A stretch of 64,000 bases of DNA from a virus: the IMG/VR virus record IMGVR_UViG_3300049830_000285, positions 64,001 through 128,000 of that record. One strand, given 5' to 3'. Below are positions 9,117 through 19,300 of the stretch, piece after piece. How positions within the stretch are numbered: position 1 is the first letter of the stretch; each line of letters opens with the position of its first letter. The position numbers were made by a program, and so were the translations under genes. Below the pieces are notes generated by a model. That model had not been told where the DNA came from, ran no database searches, and saw only the letters and a program-made list of their open reading frames with translations.

Positions 9117-10154
9117 TTAACCAAGTCGTCGCACGCCGCCGCTTGAATCATCAAAATCGCTTGCTAAATCAATCTCTTCTGCGTAGCCTTCGTCATCCTC
9201 AAGATTGTCTAAGTCAACAAAATCGGGAATTGGAGCGCCGTGTGGCATTGCATTTGGATTAAAAGGGTCAATGTACCCCTGGTCATTTTGCAAACTTCCC
9301 AAACCCATAGCAGAACTTCCAGCAAGTCGTTGGTCTCTGTTATAGTTGGTCATATTCACCTGGTTTACATTTGTGCCGTATTGACCGTCATTTCCAGGAG
9401 AAATGACTGTTGCTCGTCCGCGCCCAGTTGCACCAGAAATAACACCGTCATCAAACATATCTTCTCGATTAAGCAATCTAGCAACCAATGATGGCTGCTT
9501 TCGAACCATACCAGCAAAGGTGTGAGCGTCAAGAGTAACACCACGGTCTTCATATTGCATACGTGCTTCTGAAAATGCGGTGGCGTAAGACATTGGGTCA
9601 TTCGCATGTCCCGCAGTGCTTACTTGGTCTTGTGCTGCTCGTCCACCGTCAGCTTTGTTTAAGTTCAAAACTTCAGCTTCAAGAATTCGACCATCGGCAT
9701 TTACTGTTCGTGTGCGTCGATTACTAATTCGAGATGTTTCAGCACGAGCTTCAGCAGCTTTAATGTGCATGATTCTATCCCAACTATCTTGAGAAATTCG
9801 GATAAGGTGGCCTAAGCTAATAGCTCTTCGCAAATCCTGACTTCGTTTAACGATAGCCGGGTCTTCCCATGTAAGGTCTCGGACTTCCAATCCGCCAAAT
9901 TCCATTCCAATATCTGAAATATAAAGTGGGCCTTCGAATGTATTCTGAACAATAAATGTTTCAGTTACAGGCTGTTGTGGTGGAGCCACTTGCTGTTGCT
10001 GAGGGGCTACCCAAGCTTGCTGTGGTGGGGAAGTTTGAACAACTTCTTGTCGAATCGCCGCCGCACGAGTCTGCTTAACTGGTGTTTTAGCAGGGACTTT
10101 TGGACTTGCGGTTTTCTTAACCGCTGTTTTTGCAGGTTTCTTAATTTCACTCAT
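9117..10154 (-). CDS. Hypothetical protein with K/P/A/Q-rich N-terminus and acidic C-terminus
   Basis: 345 aa; AAGGAG Shine-Dalgarno before the ATG. Confidence 0.7.
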   Translation of the reverse strand: MSEIKKPAKTAVKKTASPKVPAKTPVKQTRAAAIRQEVVQTSPPQQAWVAPQQQQVAPPQQPVTETFIVQNTFEGPLYISDIGMEFGGLEVRDLTWEDPAIVKRSQDLRRAISLGHLIRISQDSWDRIMHIKAAEARAETSRISNRRTRTVNADGRILEAEVLNLNKADGGRAAQDQVSTAGHANDPMSYATAFSEARMQYEDRGVTLDAHTFAGMVRKQPSLVARLLNREDMFDDGVISGATGRGRATVISPGNDGQYGTNVNQVNMTNYNRDQRLAGSSAMGLGSLQNDQGYIDPFNPNAMPHGAPIPDFVDLDNLEDDEGYAEEIDLASDFDDSSGGVRRLG

Positions 10155-10206
10155 TGTATCTGTCTCCTTTGTTTTTTTTCCGAGGTCAGAATTTTATTCT
10201 TCTGTA

Positions 10207-10563
10207 TCATTCGGGTTTTGACCTTTTATTTTTTTCTGGGGCATCAATTACGCCATCAGAAATTTCAGAGCCAACCCACAATTCATTTGATTTTGCCTCT
10301 CTTGAAGTTGGGTCGTAATTCCGCTTTCTTTTTTCTCTTGCGTCTTTCATGTGTTTGCCGTGCTCAATAGTTTTTAGAGACGCACCTGATTTTTTTTGTG
10401 CAAGAGTTCTTCCTTGATGAATTGAAACGGTTGTAAAGACTCTTTTAGCCGCACTCGAACAATCTGGGCAAATTTGCTCAGGACTATAATCGGTTGCAGA
10501 CACCTGGATGTCAAAATTGCTTCCACACTCTTCGTTTGAGCATTGAAATTTATATTTCGGCAT
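10207..10563 (-). CDS. FmdB-family zinc-ribbon protein
   Basis: MPKYKFQCSNEECG.NF...ICPDC...AKRVF matches MPxYxYxC..CG..F..CP.C; start set at ATG 10563. Confidence 0.75.
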   Translation of the reverse strand: MPKYKFQCSNEECGSNFDIQVSATDYSPEQICPDCSSAAKRVFTTVSIHQGRTLAQKKSGASLKTIEHGKHMKDAREKRKRNYDPTSREAKSNELWVGSEISDGVIDAPEKNKRSKPE

Positions 10564-10574
10564 GGTAACTGAGT

Positions 10575-10596
10575 TTATACACCGAACATTGTATAA
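10575..10596. promoter_or_regulatory. Back-to-back TGTATAA boxes between divergent genes
   Basis: ttataca-ccgaacat-tgtataa: TGTATAA on minus (10581-10575) and plus (10590-10596), each ahead of a divergent start codon. Confidence 0.5.
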
Positions 10597-10616
10597 GAGT
10601 GTAGAAGGAGACAAAA

Positions 10617-10805
10617 ATGTCTGAAAACTTTTTAAATAACGTCGTGATGTATTGTGTTAAATGCCGAAGCAAGGTAAATGTTAACAACCCTCAGCAATTA
10701 ACGCTCAAGTCCAAAAGCAAGAAAAATAGTAGCCGAAAGGCATTGAAGGGTGTGTGCCCACACTGTGGTACTTCTACATACAAGTTTATTCCAAAGGATT
10801 CTTAA
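10617..10805 (+). CDS. Small zinc-binding protein, DUF5679-like
   Basis: YCVKCR..NPQ..TLK..RKALKGVCPHCGT; AAGGAG SD upstream. Confidence 0.7.
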   Translation: MSENFLNNVVMYCVKCRSKVNVNNPQQLTLKSKSKKNSSRKALKGVCPHCGTSTYKFIPKDS

Positions 10806-11101
10806 ACTTGATTTTGTAGTTGATTGTAAACTAACGCGCTAATACATACCACGAGAGTCACTGCGATGGTGAATAGCCATCCAAAAATGACTCCATTAAG
10901 GTAGATAATTGCTAATATGAGCAAAATGTTGATGGCAGTTACAATATAATCAGTGATAGTTGTGGCTCTAAGTTTTGGCATGAAAAATGACAAGATAAAC
11001 ACACATGTGCTATAAGCCACAACTCTCAAAAGAAGCAGAGTTATTAATATTGTCATTGGTAAAACTAACCACATGCTCATATACAGGTTCAATAGATTCA
11101 T
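10802..11101 (-). CDS. Small multi-pass membrane protein
   Basis: Two to three long hydrophobic stretches; start uncertain (11101 or 11080). Confidence 0.5.
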   Translation of the reverse strand: MNLLNLYMSMWLVLPMTILITLLLLRVVAYSTCVFILSFFMPKLRATTITDYIVTAINILLILAIIYLNGVIFGWLFTIAVTLVVCISALVYNQLQNQV

Positions 11102-11164
11102 ATGAGGAAATTTCAATAGTAGGATTGAATAACAAAATTTGAGAAACAATCAATAGCGTGCGCC

Positions 11165-12571
11165 ATGAGTGAACAGGAAAATTCAGAAGATTTAAGAATT
11201 CCAGATATTTTGCTGGATATACAGGGGATGAGAACATCTTCCAGGGAAGTTGATGCCGCGACTATCGTTGAAGCTCAGCGTATTTTGGAAGCCAATCGAA
11301 ATATTGAAGCTGGTATTGCTGATATTTTAACAAATCTTATTAAAAACAGAAGAGTCACACCGGAAGAAGTTTCTGGAATTTTGAATAAAATCAAAAGCAT
11401 TAAAGCTCCAGCATTACCATCAACATTACCAGCGGGCACTATTAATCCAGCGCAAGCACAACATGATGCTATGATTGATTTTCTAGAGCAACTTAATAAC
11501 AATACTCAGAACAAATTTCTTCACTCACCTTTTCACAAGGGAATGAATCCAAATTGGAAGCAGTTGGGCGAAGTTGCCGACCAAGCCAAAGCTGGTGCTC
11601 CAGGTTCTTTTGAGGCAATGCAACAAGCGATGGGCACCACCGCAAATGGTGTTGAAAATGCTTTGAAAAAGTATTGGAGAGTTGCAAAATGGTTCACACC
11701 TGTCGATGAGGCTATGCTGAATAAGCAAATGATTGGTGTTTACAAGCTCGGAGACCACGGACAGCAAATACAAATCACCTATAAACAGTTCTTTGAAGGC
11801 GCTGGTTCTATGAACTACACCCCTGGAATGGAAACAACAGGAAACATAGTGATGAGTAGCCCCGATGCAGTGAAAATTTCATTATCAAAATTGGCAACTA
11901 CTATTGGTGGTAGCGCGACTTTAAGAGGTTTAGCGCAAACTACAGCCACCGCCGCAGCTACTGTAGCTGCGATTCCAATGGCTGCTGGCGTGGCTGGTAC
12001 ACTTTGGGGATTTGGTCAAGGCATGAAAAATGCACCTGGACAGGTTGATTATGACAAAGCGCTTCCTGGTAATTCGGCATTAACTGTTGACCCATCTATG
12101 AATAATAATCCAGCATCAGTTGGCGCTCCGAAAACAAGTCCGTTGGGTGGAACAACTAATGGAAATAATATTGGCGGATTGGGTGGACAATATAGTCCAA
12201 AACCGAACATTGGTTGGACTCCCACAAAGCCAAATTTGCCATCTAATCCCAACGATTGGTTGCCAACCTCACCAACTGATTACTACAATCTTGTTGACCG
12301 CAAAAGTGATAGCGAGAATGAAAATATTCGTTTATCACAAATGGCTTCAACACCAGTTGATGATGTTGATACGGTTGTAAACAATTTGTTGACTATATTG
12401 GAGCAAGGGGCACCAGGCGAAGCTACTTTACAGCAAGCTCTAAACTATTTGTCTCATGAAGATTCAAAGGCACAACCTTTGATTCATCAATTTCAAATGC
12501 AACAAAATGCACAGCTATCACAAGCTCCTACAAACAACCAGGAAATACCAGACCAATTGCCAAAGAGATAA
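11165..12571 (+). CDS. Hypothetical protein, possible internal virion/ejection protein
   Basis: 468 aa, helical, Ala/Gly-rich hydrophobic segment TATAAATVAAIPMAAGVAGTLWGFG, then Pro/Asn-rich linker. Confidence 0.6.
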   Translation: MSEQENSEDLRIPDILLDIQGMRTSSREVDAATIVEAQRILEANRNIEAGIADILTNLIKNRRVTPEEVSGILNKIKSIKAPALPSTLPAGTINPAQAQHDAMIDFLEQLNNNTQNKFLHSPFHKGMNPNWKQLGEVADQAKAGAPGSFEAMQQAMGTTANGVENALKKYWRVAKWFTPVDEAMLNKQMIGVYKLGDHGQQIQITYKQFFEGAGSMNYTPGMETTGNIVMSSPDAVKISLSKLATTIGGSATLRGLAQTTATAAATVAAIPMAAGVAGTLWGFGQGMKNAPGQVDYDKALPGNSALTVDPSMNNNPASVGAPKTSPLGGTTNGNNIGGLGGQYSPKPNIGWTPTKPNLPSNPNDWLPTSPTDYYNLVDRKSDSENENIRLSQMASTPVDDVDTVVNNLLTILEQGAPGEATLQQALNYLSHEDSKAQPLIHQFQMQQNAQLSQAPTNNQEIPDQLPKR

Positions 12572-12573
12572 AT

Positions 12574-14769
12574 ATGTCAACTCGCCTAAAAAAAACCATT
12601 GTGGCGCAAATTCCGCCAGAAGTTATTCCAGCTATAGGCGAGGCAGTGGCCGAAGCTGGTCAATTTGCGAAGGGTGTTGTCAATAAAGCAGAAGAAGTCG
12701 GTGGGGAAAATCATAAGGGTGATAAAACAGAACAAGGTGCTGATTACTTAAATGATTTAAACTCGGCGCAGCAAGCTGTTAGAGAACAATTTGCGGGTTT
12801 TGGATTAGATAGTGCTACTGTAGACTTATATACTAAAAAGTTAATGACACTAGGAATGCCTAGTTTTATGACTGCTGCAAAATTTTTACAAGACGTGTCA
12901 GTAATAGCAAACACAGCATCCACTACTATTCAAGAAGTTTTTCCTGTAGCTGAAGCTATTTATCAACGAAATATTCATAGTCCAGAAAGAGCATTAGCTA
13001 TTTTGCGCGTCATTGCTAAATATGAAGCAAAAGCTCCTGGTATGGGTTTATTTAATATGGCTCAAGCTGCTGCCACTGGAAAATACAATCCACAAGCACT
13101 CGGCGTCATTCGATACAGTCTAATGGGCGCTCCCGGAAGCAAGGGAAATATGAATGAAAGTCGAGATTTGCAGCAGGCATTTGATGGAATTAATGCTCCT
13201 AACTCTGAACTCGGCACAGAGTTGAATGAAACAAATCTTGCTCATCAAAGAATGCAAGCCACTCAAGAAGCGTTGCTAATTCAATTGAAACGAATCAACT
13301 TGGAAATGGAAAAGAAACGCGACCAAAAATTAACCGAGATTTTCAATACCATGAGTCAACAGTTACCTTCATGGGTTAAGAATAATACGTTGTTTCTTAG
13401 GTCGATTATGGAAGGTTTGAAAGGTGTTACCATGTTTAACATGATTAAAAACACTGCCATACAGGGAATGGGAATCAATGGAAAATCTGGACTTGGTGTG
13501 CCTCAGGGCAGCACTGCTCCGCCTATGGGATTTATTAAAGCCTCTTCCGAAAGAATCTTGAAAACAGCGCAAGTAGCTGGTTCTGCGCCAGTAGATTTAA
13601 GTGGCGGCGCTGCGCCAAGTGCTTCACCAAGTGGTGCGCCTGTTATGCCTGGTGTTTCCCCAGGAGCCACCACGGTACCAGGCCCTCCGAATCAAGAACA
13701 GTTAGCATATCAAAATATGCAACAAGCAAACAATGGCGTAACAACTGACATTGCACAACAAGGCTATGCGGCAGGTGTTTGGAGCACACAAACTACAAGT
13801 GAAGTTACAAGATTAACGTCTTTAATTGCAAGTTACAAAGCGGCTCTAGATACTAATTTTACCAACTTGACACAAATGGTTGATGCTGGTATTGCGGGAC
13901 ATTCTCAATTCACAAGCGATATGCAAGGTGTAGCACCTTATGCTACACCAGAGCAGATGGAACATTTTGGTCAGATTGCAGATAAAGATGCCACAGCTTT
14001 AATTCAAGCTATCCAGTCGCTTATAACGATTTTTATTCAAACATCAGCGTCAATATCTACTCAGCAAATGGCTTCAAGTGGTGCAGGTATTTTACAATTT
14101 GCTGCAAATATGAGAAATCTGGAAGCCAATTATCGTTCTCAATTGAAAGAAGCACAACAAATTAAAATCAAGATTTTTGATATTTCGGTATTGGGCACAA
14201 TTGACCAACAGGTTAGATTATTGGAGCCAACTTATCAAGAGTTAAAAGCAAATATTGACATGATGAAATCATTCAACAATGTTGGCGCAGATGCGTTTGT
14301 AATGCCATTTGTTCAAGTAACACAACAAATGTCGGCTTTGTATTTTGAAGCATCTAAAAAATATCAACAAGCTTCTGGAAGAATTCAGGCAGAGCCAGCT
14401 ATGGCACAATATTGTCAACAGCGAGCAAAGCAAATGCACGCAGCAGGCACAAAAGCCAGAGCAGAGGGTGTTATTGCTCTTCGAGAATTAATGAAGCAGC
14501 AGGGCGGTCAGGCAGTTGCGTCTACTAATAAAAAGTTCGTTCGTTTAGCCAAGGAAGAAGAAACTCTTGAAAAAGATGAGCCAGAAAACGTCGAAGAAGT
14601 AGAAGGCGCAAAAGAAGTAGAAGCTAAGCCTATGCCAGTTGATGAATATTGGGACAAACTTTATAAAAATGACCCACCATACGGCGATGTAATTGTTCAC
14701 CCAGAACAACATCGCAATCAACCGTCATGGAAAATGAAGCGGAAACATCAGATTAAGCGCCTAAATTAA
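12574..14769 (+). CDS. Helical Ala/Gln/Met-rich protein, possible internal virion/ejection protein
   Basis: 731 aa coiled-coil-like composition; three K/R-x-A motifs at domain boundaries. Confidence 0.6.
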   Translation: MSTRLKKTIVAQIPPEVIPAIGEAVAEAGQFAKGVVNKAEEVGGENHKGDKTEQGADYLNDLNSAQQAVREQFAGFGLDSATVDLYTKKLMTLGMPSFMTAAKFLQDVSVIANTASTTIQEVFPVAEAIYQRNIHSPERALAILRVIAKYEAKAPGMGLFNMAQAAATGKYNPQALGVIRYSLMGAPGSKGNMNESRDLQQAFDGINAPNSELGTELNETNLAHQRMQATQEALLIQLKRINLEMEKKRDQKLTEIFNTMSQQLPSWVKNNTLFLRSIMEGLKGVTMFNMIKNTAIQGMGINGKSGLGVPQGSTAPPMGFIKASSERILKTAQVAGSAPVDLSGGAAPSASPSGAPVMPGVSPGATTVPGPPNQEQLAYQNMQQANNGVTTDIAQQGYAAGVWSTQTTSEVTRLTSLIASYKAALDTNFTNLTQMVDAGIAGHSQFTSDMQGVAPYATPEQMEHFGQIADKDATALIQAIQSLITIFIQTSASISTQQMASSGAGILQFAANMRNLEANYRSQLKEAQQIKIKIFDISVLGTIDQQVRLLEPTYQELKANIDMMKSFNNVGADAFVMPFVQVTQQMSALYFEASKKYQQASGRIQAEPAMAQYCQQRAKQMHAAGTKARAEGVIALRELMKQQGGQAVASTNKKFVRLAKEEETLEKDEPENVEEVEGAKEVEAKPMPVDEYWDKLYKNDPPYGDVIVHPEQHRNQPSWKMKRKHQIKRLN

Positions 14770-14792
14770 CTTGTATAAGTTAGGTGTTAATC

Positions 14793-15008
14793 ATGTGCAG
14801 CAATCAAAATCAAATCGTTTGTCCTAAGTGTAGTAAAAGGTATGTTAAATGCCCTTGTTGTGGTGAATTAATAGAAGAGCAGCACCAGCAGCAATTGAAT
14901 CCATGGCAAACGCCCAATCCATTGATGCCCATGCCAGTGTGGTCTCCAACTGATTTAAGGCCTGGTACTCCATATAATCCTAACGGCCCGTTTGTTCCGA
15001 TGTGTTAA
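14793..15008 (+). CDS. Small Cys-rich (zinc-finger-like) protein
   Basis: CPKC..CPCC; TAGGTG SD-like before ATG 14793. Confidence 0.5.
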   Translation: MCSNQNQIVCPKCSKRYVKCPCCGELIEEQHQQQLNPWQTPNPLMPMPVWSPTDLRPGTPYNPNGPFVPMC

Positions 15009-15010
15009 AA

Positions 15011-16333
15011 ATGCAAGATAATATTAATGCTTTTCATAAAGAGGCTTTTGCTACACCGCAGGGTTTTGAAGCCGATGTGGAAAATTCATATGATGAAGCT
15101 CCATATGAAAAAGGGCTACAAACACAGGGTATGGTTGCAGCTAAATACACATCTGGTGACACGAGATATCAAGCTGAACAGCCGTTAATTCAAAGTCATT
15201 TAACTACATTGCCTTCCAAAGTATCTAAGCGATATTCTCCTCAGAATGATGAACAAAACACAGGGATGCCACTTCCACCAGAACCAACTTTTATGAAAGA
15301 TAGTGGTCGTCCTGAAAGAATTACATCGGTGAGGGGATTAATTAACAGAGAGAATATACCTGTTAGTGAAAAAAGGAAATCTTCACCATTAGCGGGAGTT
15401 GATTTTGCTAGAACTCACTCGGAAGCTGCTGCTTTGTTGGAGAGATTGGGGAAAAAGGTATCTTTCGAAGCTCATCATAGCGCGTTAGTTCAAGAGGCTT
15501 CGCAAAAATCATTACAAACATCTGTGAACAATGATATTGAACGCATTACGGTTGATTTACGTAAAGCTAAAGCTGAAATTGCAGACCTTGGAAGTAAAAT
15601 TGTATTATCTTCTGTTCCAGAAAAGAATTATGATAATCTTAATTTAGTTGCCGTTGGTCAAGAAGCTTTTGCATTAGATAGTCAATTGCGCACTGCTAAA
15701 TCAGCAAAGACTTTTGTCGCAACACGTAATGTTCGACCAAGTGATGCCATATCAGCGAATGAACTATTTGCGCAAGAACAAGCTGAATATGAAGAAATTT
15801 TATCTCAATCAACCGAGGCATCAAATCGCGCTCAGGCACTTGCAACACAACGTAGCGCAAATTTAGTGACACTCATCGAAGATAAGTTGGCAAAAGCCAA
15901 AGAAGAGTCTGATGAAATTTTAGATGCCGAAGATGCCACAAAAGTAATTCGCAGAGTAATGGACGATTATGTTCAAATGCGTAGTAATAACTCCAAAGAA
16001 CAACATGTTCAGATGCGAAATGTTGAAACCAAGGTAAAGAAAATTATGCAAGCCGAACTACCAGAAGAAATAGAATCAAAGGTTGACGCAGTAAACGAAA
16101 TTAAAGAGATTATTCACGAAGTTGTGAAATCACACCCAAACCTAGTTCAAAGAAACTCGGGAAGTAATGATATGGAATTCTCCTTGGCGGCGAGAGATAC
16201 ATATTTGAGAGTTCAAATAGAACAAGAGCTTCGAGAGAAATTCGAATTAAGATTAGTGGAAAATAATAAATTGATGGAGAAAAAGAATCTAGTTGTTTTT
16301 GAAGAAATGATAGACAGATTCCTTAACCCATAA
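15011..16333 (+). CDS. Coiled-coil hypothetical protein
   Basis: E/K/A-rich heptad-like C-terminal half; stop overlaps next start (TAATG). Start may be GTG 15002. Confidence 0.65.
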   Translation: MQDNINAFHKEAFATPQGFEADVENSYDEAPYEKGLQTQGMVAAKYTSGDTRYQAEQPLIQSHLTTLPSKVSKRYSPQNDEQNTGMPLPPEPTFMKDSGRPERITSVRGLINRENIPVSEKRKSSPLAGVDFARTHSEAAALLERLGKKVSFEAHHSALVQEASQKSLQTSVNNDIERITVDLRKAKAEIADLGSKIVLSSVPEKNYDNLNLVAVGQEAFALDSQLRTAKSAKTFVATRNVRPSDAISANELFAQEQAEYEEILSQSTEASNRAQALATQRSANLVTLIEDKLAKAKEESDEILDAEDATKVIRRVMDDYVQMRSNNSKEQHVQMRNVETKVKKIMQAELPEEIESKVDAVNEIKEIIHEVVKSHPNLVQRNSGSNDMEFSLAARDTYLRVQIEQELREKFELRLVENNKLMEKKNLVVFEEMIDRFLNP

Positions 16334-19300
16334 TGCCAGATAGCTATTCTAATCCATCATATAAGCCGCCAACAAGACCCTATAAATGGGTACCAAACAC
16401 GATACCGAATGGTGGAGACACACCTATTGGTTTCTATCCTCCGCAAATAGTTCGCGGGGCATTCAGAAACGACATCACTATTCAAGAGGGATTTACAGGT
16501 AGTACCGTCACCGTCACTGCAACTGGAACAATGATAAGTTCCAAGGGCTCTGAAAACAACCCAATATTAGCAGTTCATCGTCCAATGGTTGACCCCGATA
16601 ACGACCGAGGCGTACCTCCTTCTGAGTTATTTGACATAAGTGGAAATTTCAAATGGCAAGTGGAATTATCACAAGCGACCCGAATATCGTCAATAACTAT
16701 AGAATATGCATTAGTTGTAGATGTTAATGACCCTGCACTTTTAGCTTTATTAGACCCAGGTGATGCCGCAGCTTTAGCATTGTATTTGCAACACCCAACT
16801 GGTGAACCACCAAGCATTGACTGGAGCAAATATAAATTTGCAAAAATCACTTTAGATGATAAAGAGTATCCAGCTAACGGAACAGATGGCAAACCAAAAG
16901 AGTTAGCTGTTACGGGTGTTACAAAGACTGTTAAATTACACACAGTGAAGTTTGTTGATTCATTTGTGGTAAGTGGATTTCCGATAACTAAAAGAATTGC
17001 TATTTCTAATAGGTCTGGTTTAGACACGCTTGAATTAATCTTGTCTAAAGTTTATATTTTTGATGCCGCAAGAGTCAATCTACATGATAATCAGCTACCA
17101 AGCGCCTTGATGGAATACGCATATCCAACTCGTTTTTCTTTTACACCATCTCCAAGTATGAACGCACAGCGTTTACCATTTCCCTCTGATGCTGATAATC
17201 CAAATTTTCATTTTAAAATATACTCCCCGGAGGAATTAATAGCCACTAAGTATGGTATGGCTCATTCTATAAATCTGAGATTTTTAGTATTTTCTATGCC
17301 AATATTAGGAATAGACCCAACTGGTGTAAACAATTTGTATTTCGCTATTTTTATTGGGCCAGCTCCTGGTAGGAGAACTGTCAAAACAGCCCTAAGTGGT
17401 GAGTTAGCACAATCACATATTGCAAATGCAAATAAAAATCGAGTGGTCGTGGCTGATAGCTTTACAATAGAAAAAGATACAAAGACCCTTCGATTAGAAA
17501 AAGTTGCCTCAGCAGCAGCTATTTCTCCACCAGCAAATAATGCAAACTGGATAAGAATAGATAATTCTACATACAATGTAGTCGGAAATAATACTTTTGG
17601 AGATGAGGGTTCTTATGTTAGTGAATATTTGTTTTTAGATAATTCAACTTCTGTAAACAATTGGTATAGAACAGTTCAATCGCTTGGCAGTGGCGCAGAA
17701 AAGATATCTGCCCCATTTCAAAATAAAACATATAGTGAACATATAGTTTACAAAGCTTTATCATCCGCTACAACATCCACCAAGAAAGATAGTGTTGTGC
17801 GCAGAATACCGATAATGTCTGATTTTATTGGTGGCTCGCCATTGAATGCTGAAAGACCAATATCAACGTTTGTTATGGATGGATTTAATGCTCTAGTGAA
17901 TCCTATACGTATTCGAAAAGGCTCATTCAAGTTAGCTATTAGAGCCAAGGTAGAAGACCCGAGCTTTTTATTAAACACTCATTTATATGCGCGTTTTTGG
18001 TTTGTTCCAGATGGTTCTGACACCGATGTGAATAATCTCTATCATTGGCGAGATTCAACAGAATTTCATTTTGAAACTTCTGCCACAGGTACAAAAGTGG
18101 TACAGGGAGCGCCGCGAAGTATGCAAGATTTAATTGTGTCACCCCCAATACCAAATAGCCTCACTTATCTAGAGATGGTTCGCTATAATGATGTAGAAGT
18201 GGATTTTCCAGAGAAGGGGCATTCCGCGCCATTTTCCGGTGCAAAGCTGATGGTGGCTTTATATGCTGTGGGTTATCCATCGGCTGATGGTACAGCACAA
18301 AATATCACAAAAAATACACCAAATTTACCAAAAATAACTATTGAACTTGATTCTCAGTATGGCACTTTTGAAACTCCAATACAATATGTTGAATCTAATG
18401 TGTTGTTTGCTCAGCGAGCGAGTAGATATAACTCGTCACAATTTATTGCAGTTGATGCACCGCAGATTGTAACCAAGGGTAAAATCGGTGGTGGCGAACT
18501 TGATTCTGGCGCTTATCCCAAATATGATTCTAAATTTAAATCCAATGATAGCGAACCATTCAATGGATTGCTGAAAATGAATAAATCGGATTCTGGCACA
18601 TTAGCTAAATTCTGTATTCCTATCACTGCCGTACCTGGGGAAAAGGATGAGCAAACATCAGTTTATGCAGATTTTGCGACAGCAGATAAATCACTGGATT
18701 CCGGTCGAGTGTTAGATGGGGATTGGAAAGTTTCATTTACGGTGAATAGAGGTATAGACACAACATTAGTAGCTATAGATTATCGCATTGAAATGTTCTT
18801 GGTGAGTGGCGATGGCAAGGTGACAGAGCGAATCTTCAGGTCTTCAACTGTTAATGGTGTGAAGATTTCTGGCACGGGTGATATTTCTTACACTGCGTCA
18901 ATTAAAATTCCAATGATTATCAGTGGCTCGGGTACACAATTGGTTATGCGATTAATTGGCTATCCTTACTCAAGAAGTGGAAATGCCGTGGATGTTGGTT
19001 CTATTCAAAATCAACTGGGCTCCACTCCTTTTGGAATCAGAATTGATTCTCTTCAAATAGTAAGCCATACTTTGTCGCGTTTGTCAATATCTCAAGTGGC
19101 ATCGTTTCTTGGTAGCCCAGCTTTTAATGAAAATCTACAAGTGGTGCCGAATCAATCTATTGGTGAAACTTCCGATTTTTGGTTTATTGCTTCGGATTTC
19201 TTAACACATGTATTTGTCGTTGACGCAAGTGTTGGTATTGATATTACTGGCTCATTATATAGTCCAGCTTGGTTTATTAACATGCCAAAAGACATGGAGA

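Noticed and set aside
10802-11101. Holin call
   Set aside because: Hydrophobic but no adjacent endolysin or holin family motif.
12574-14769. Tape measure protein call
   Set aside because: No periodic aromatic repeats, no adjacent tube or chaperone genes recognised, and short for a phage of this apparent size.
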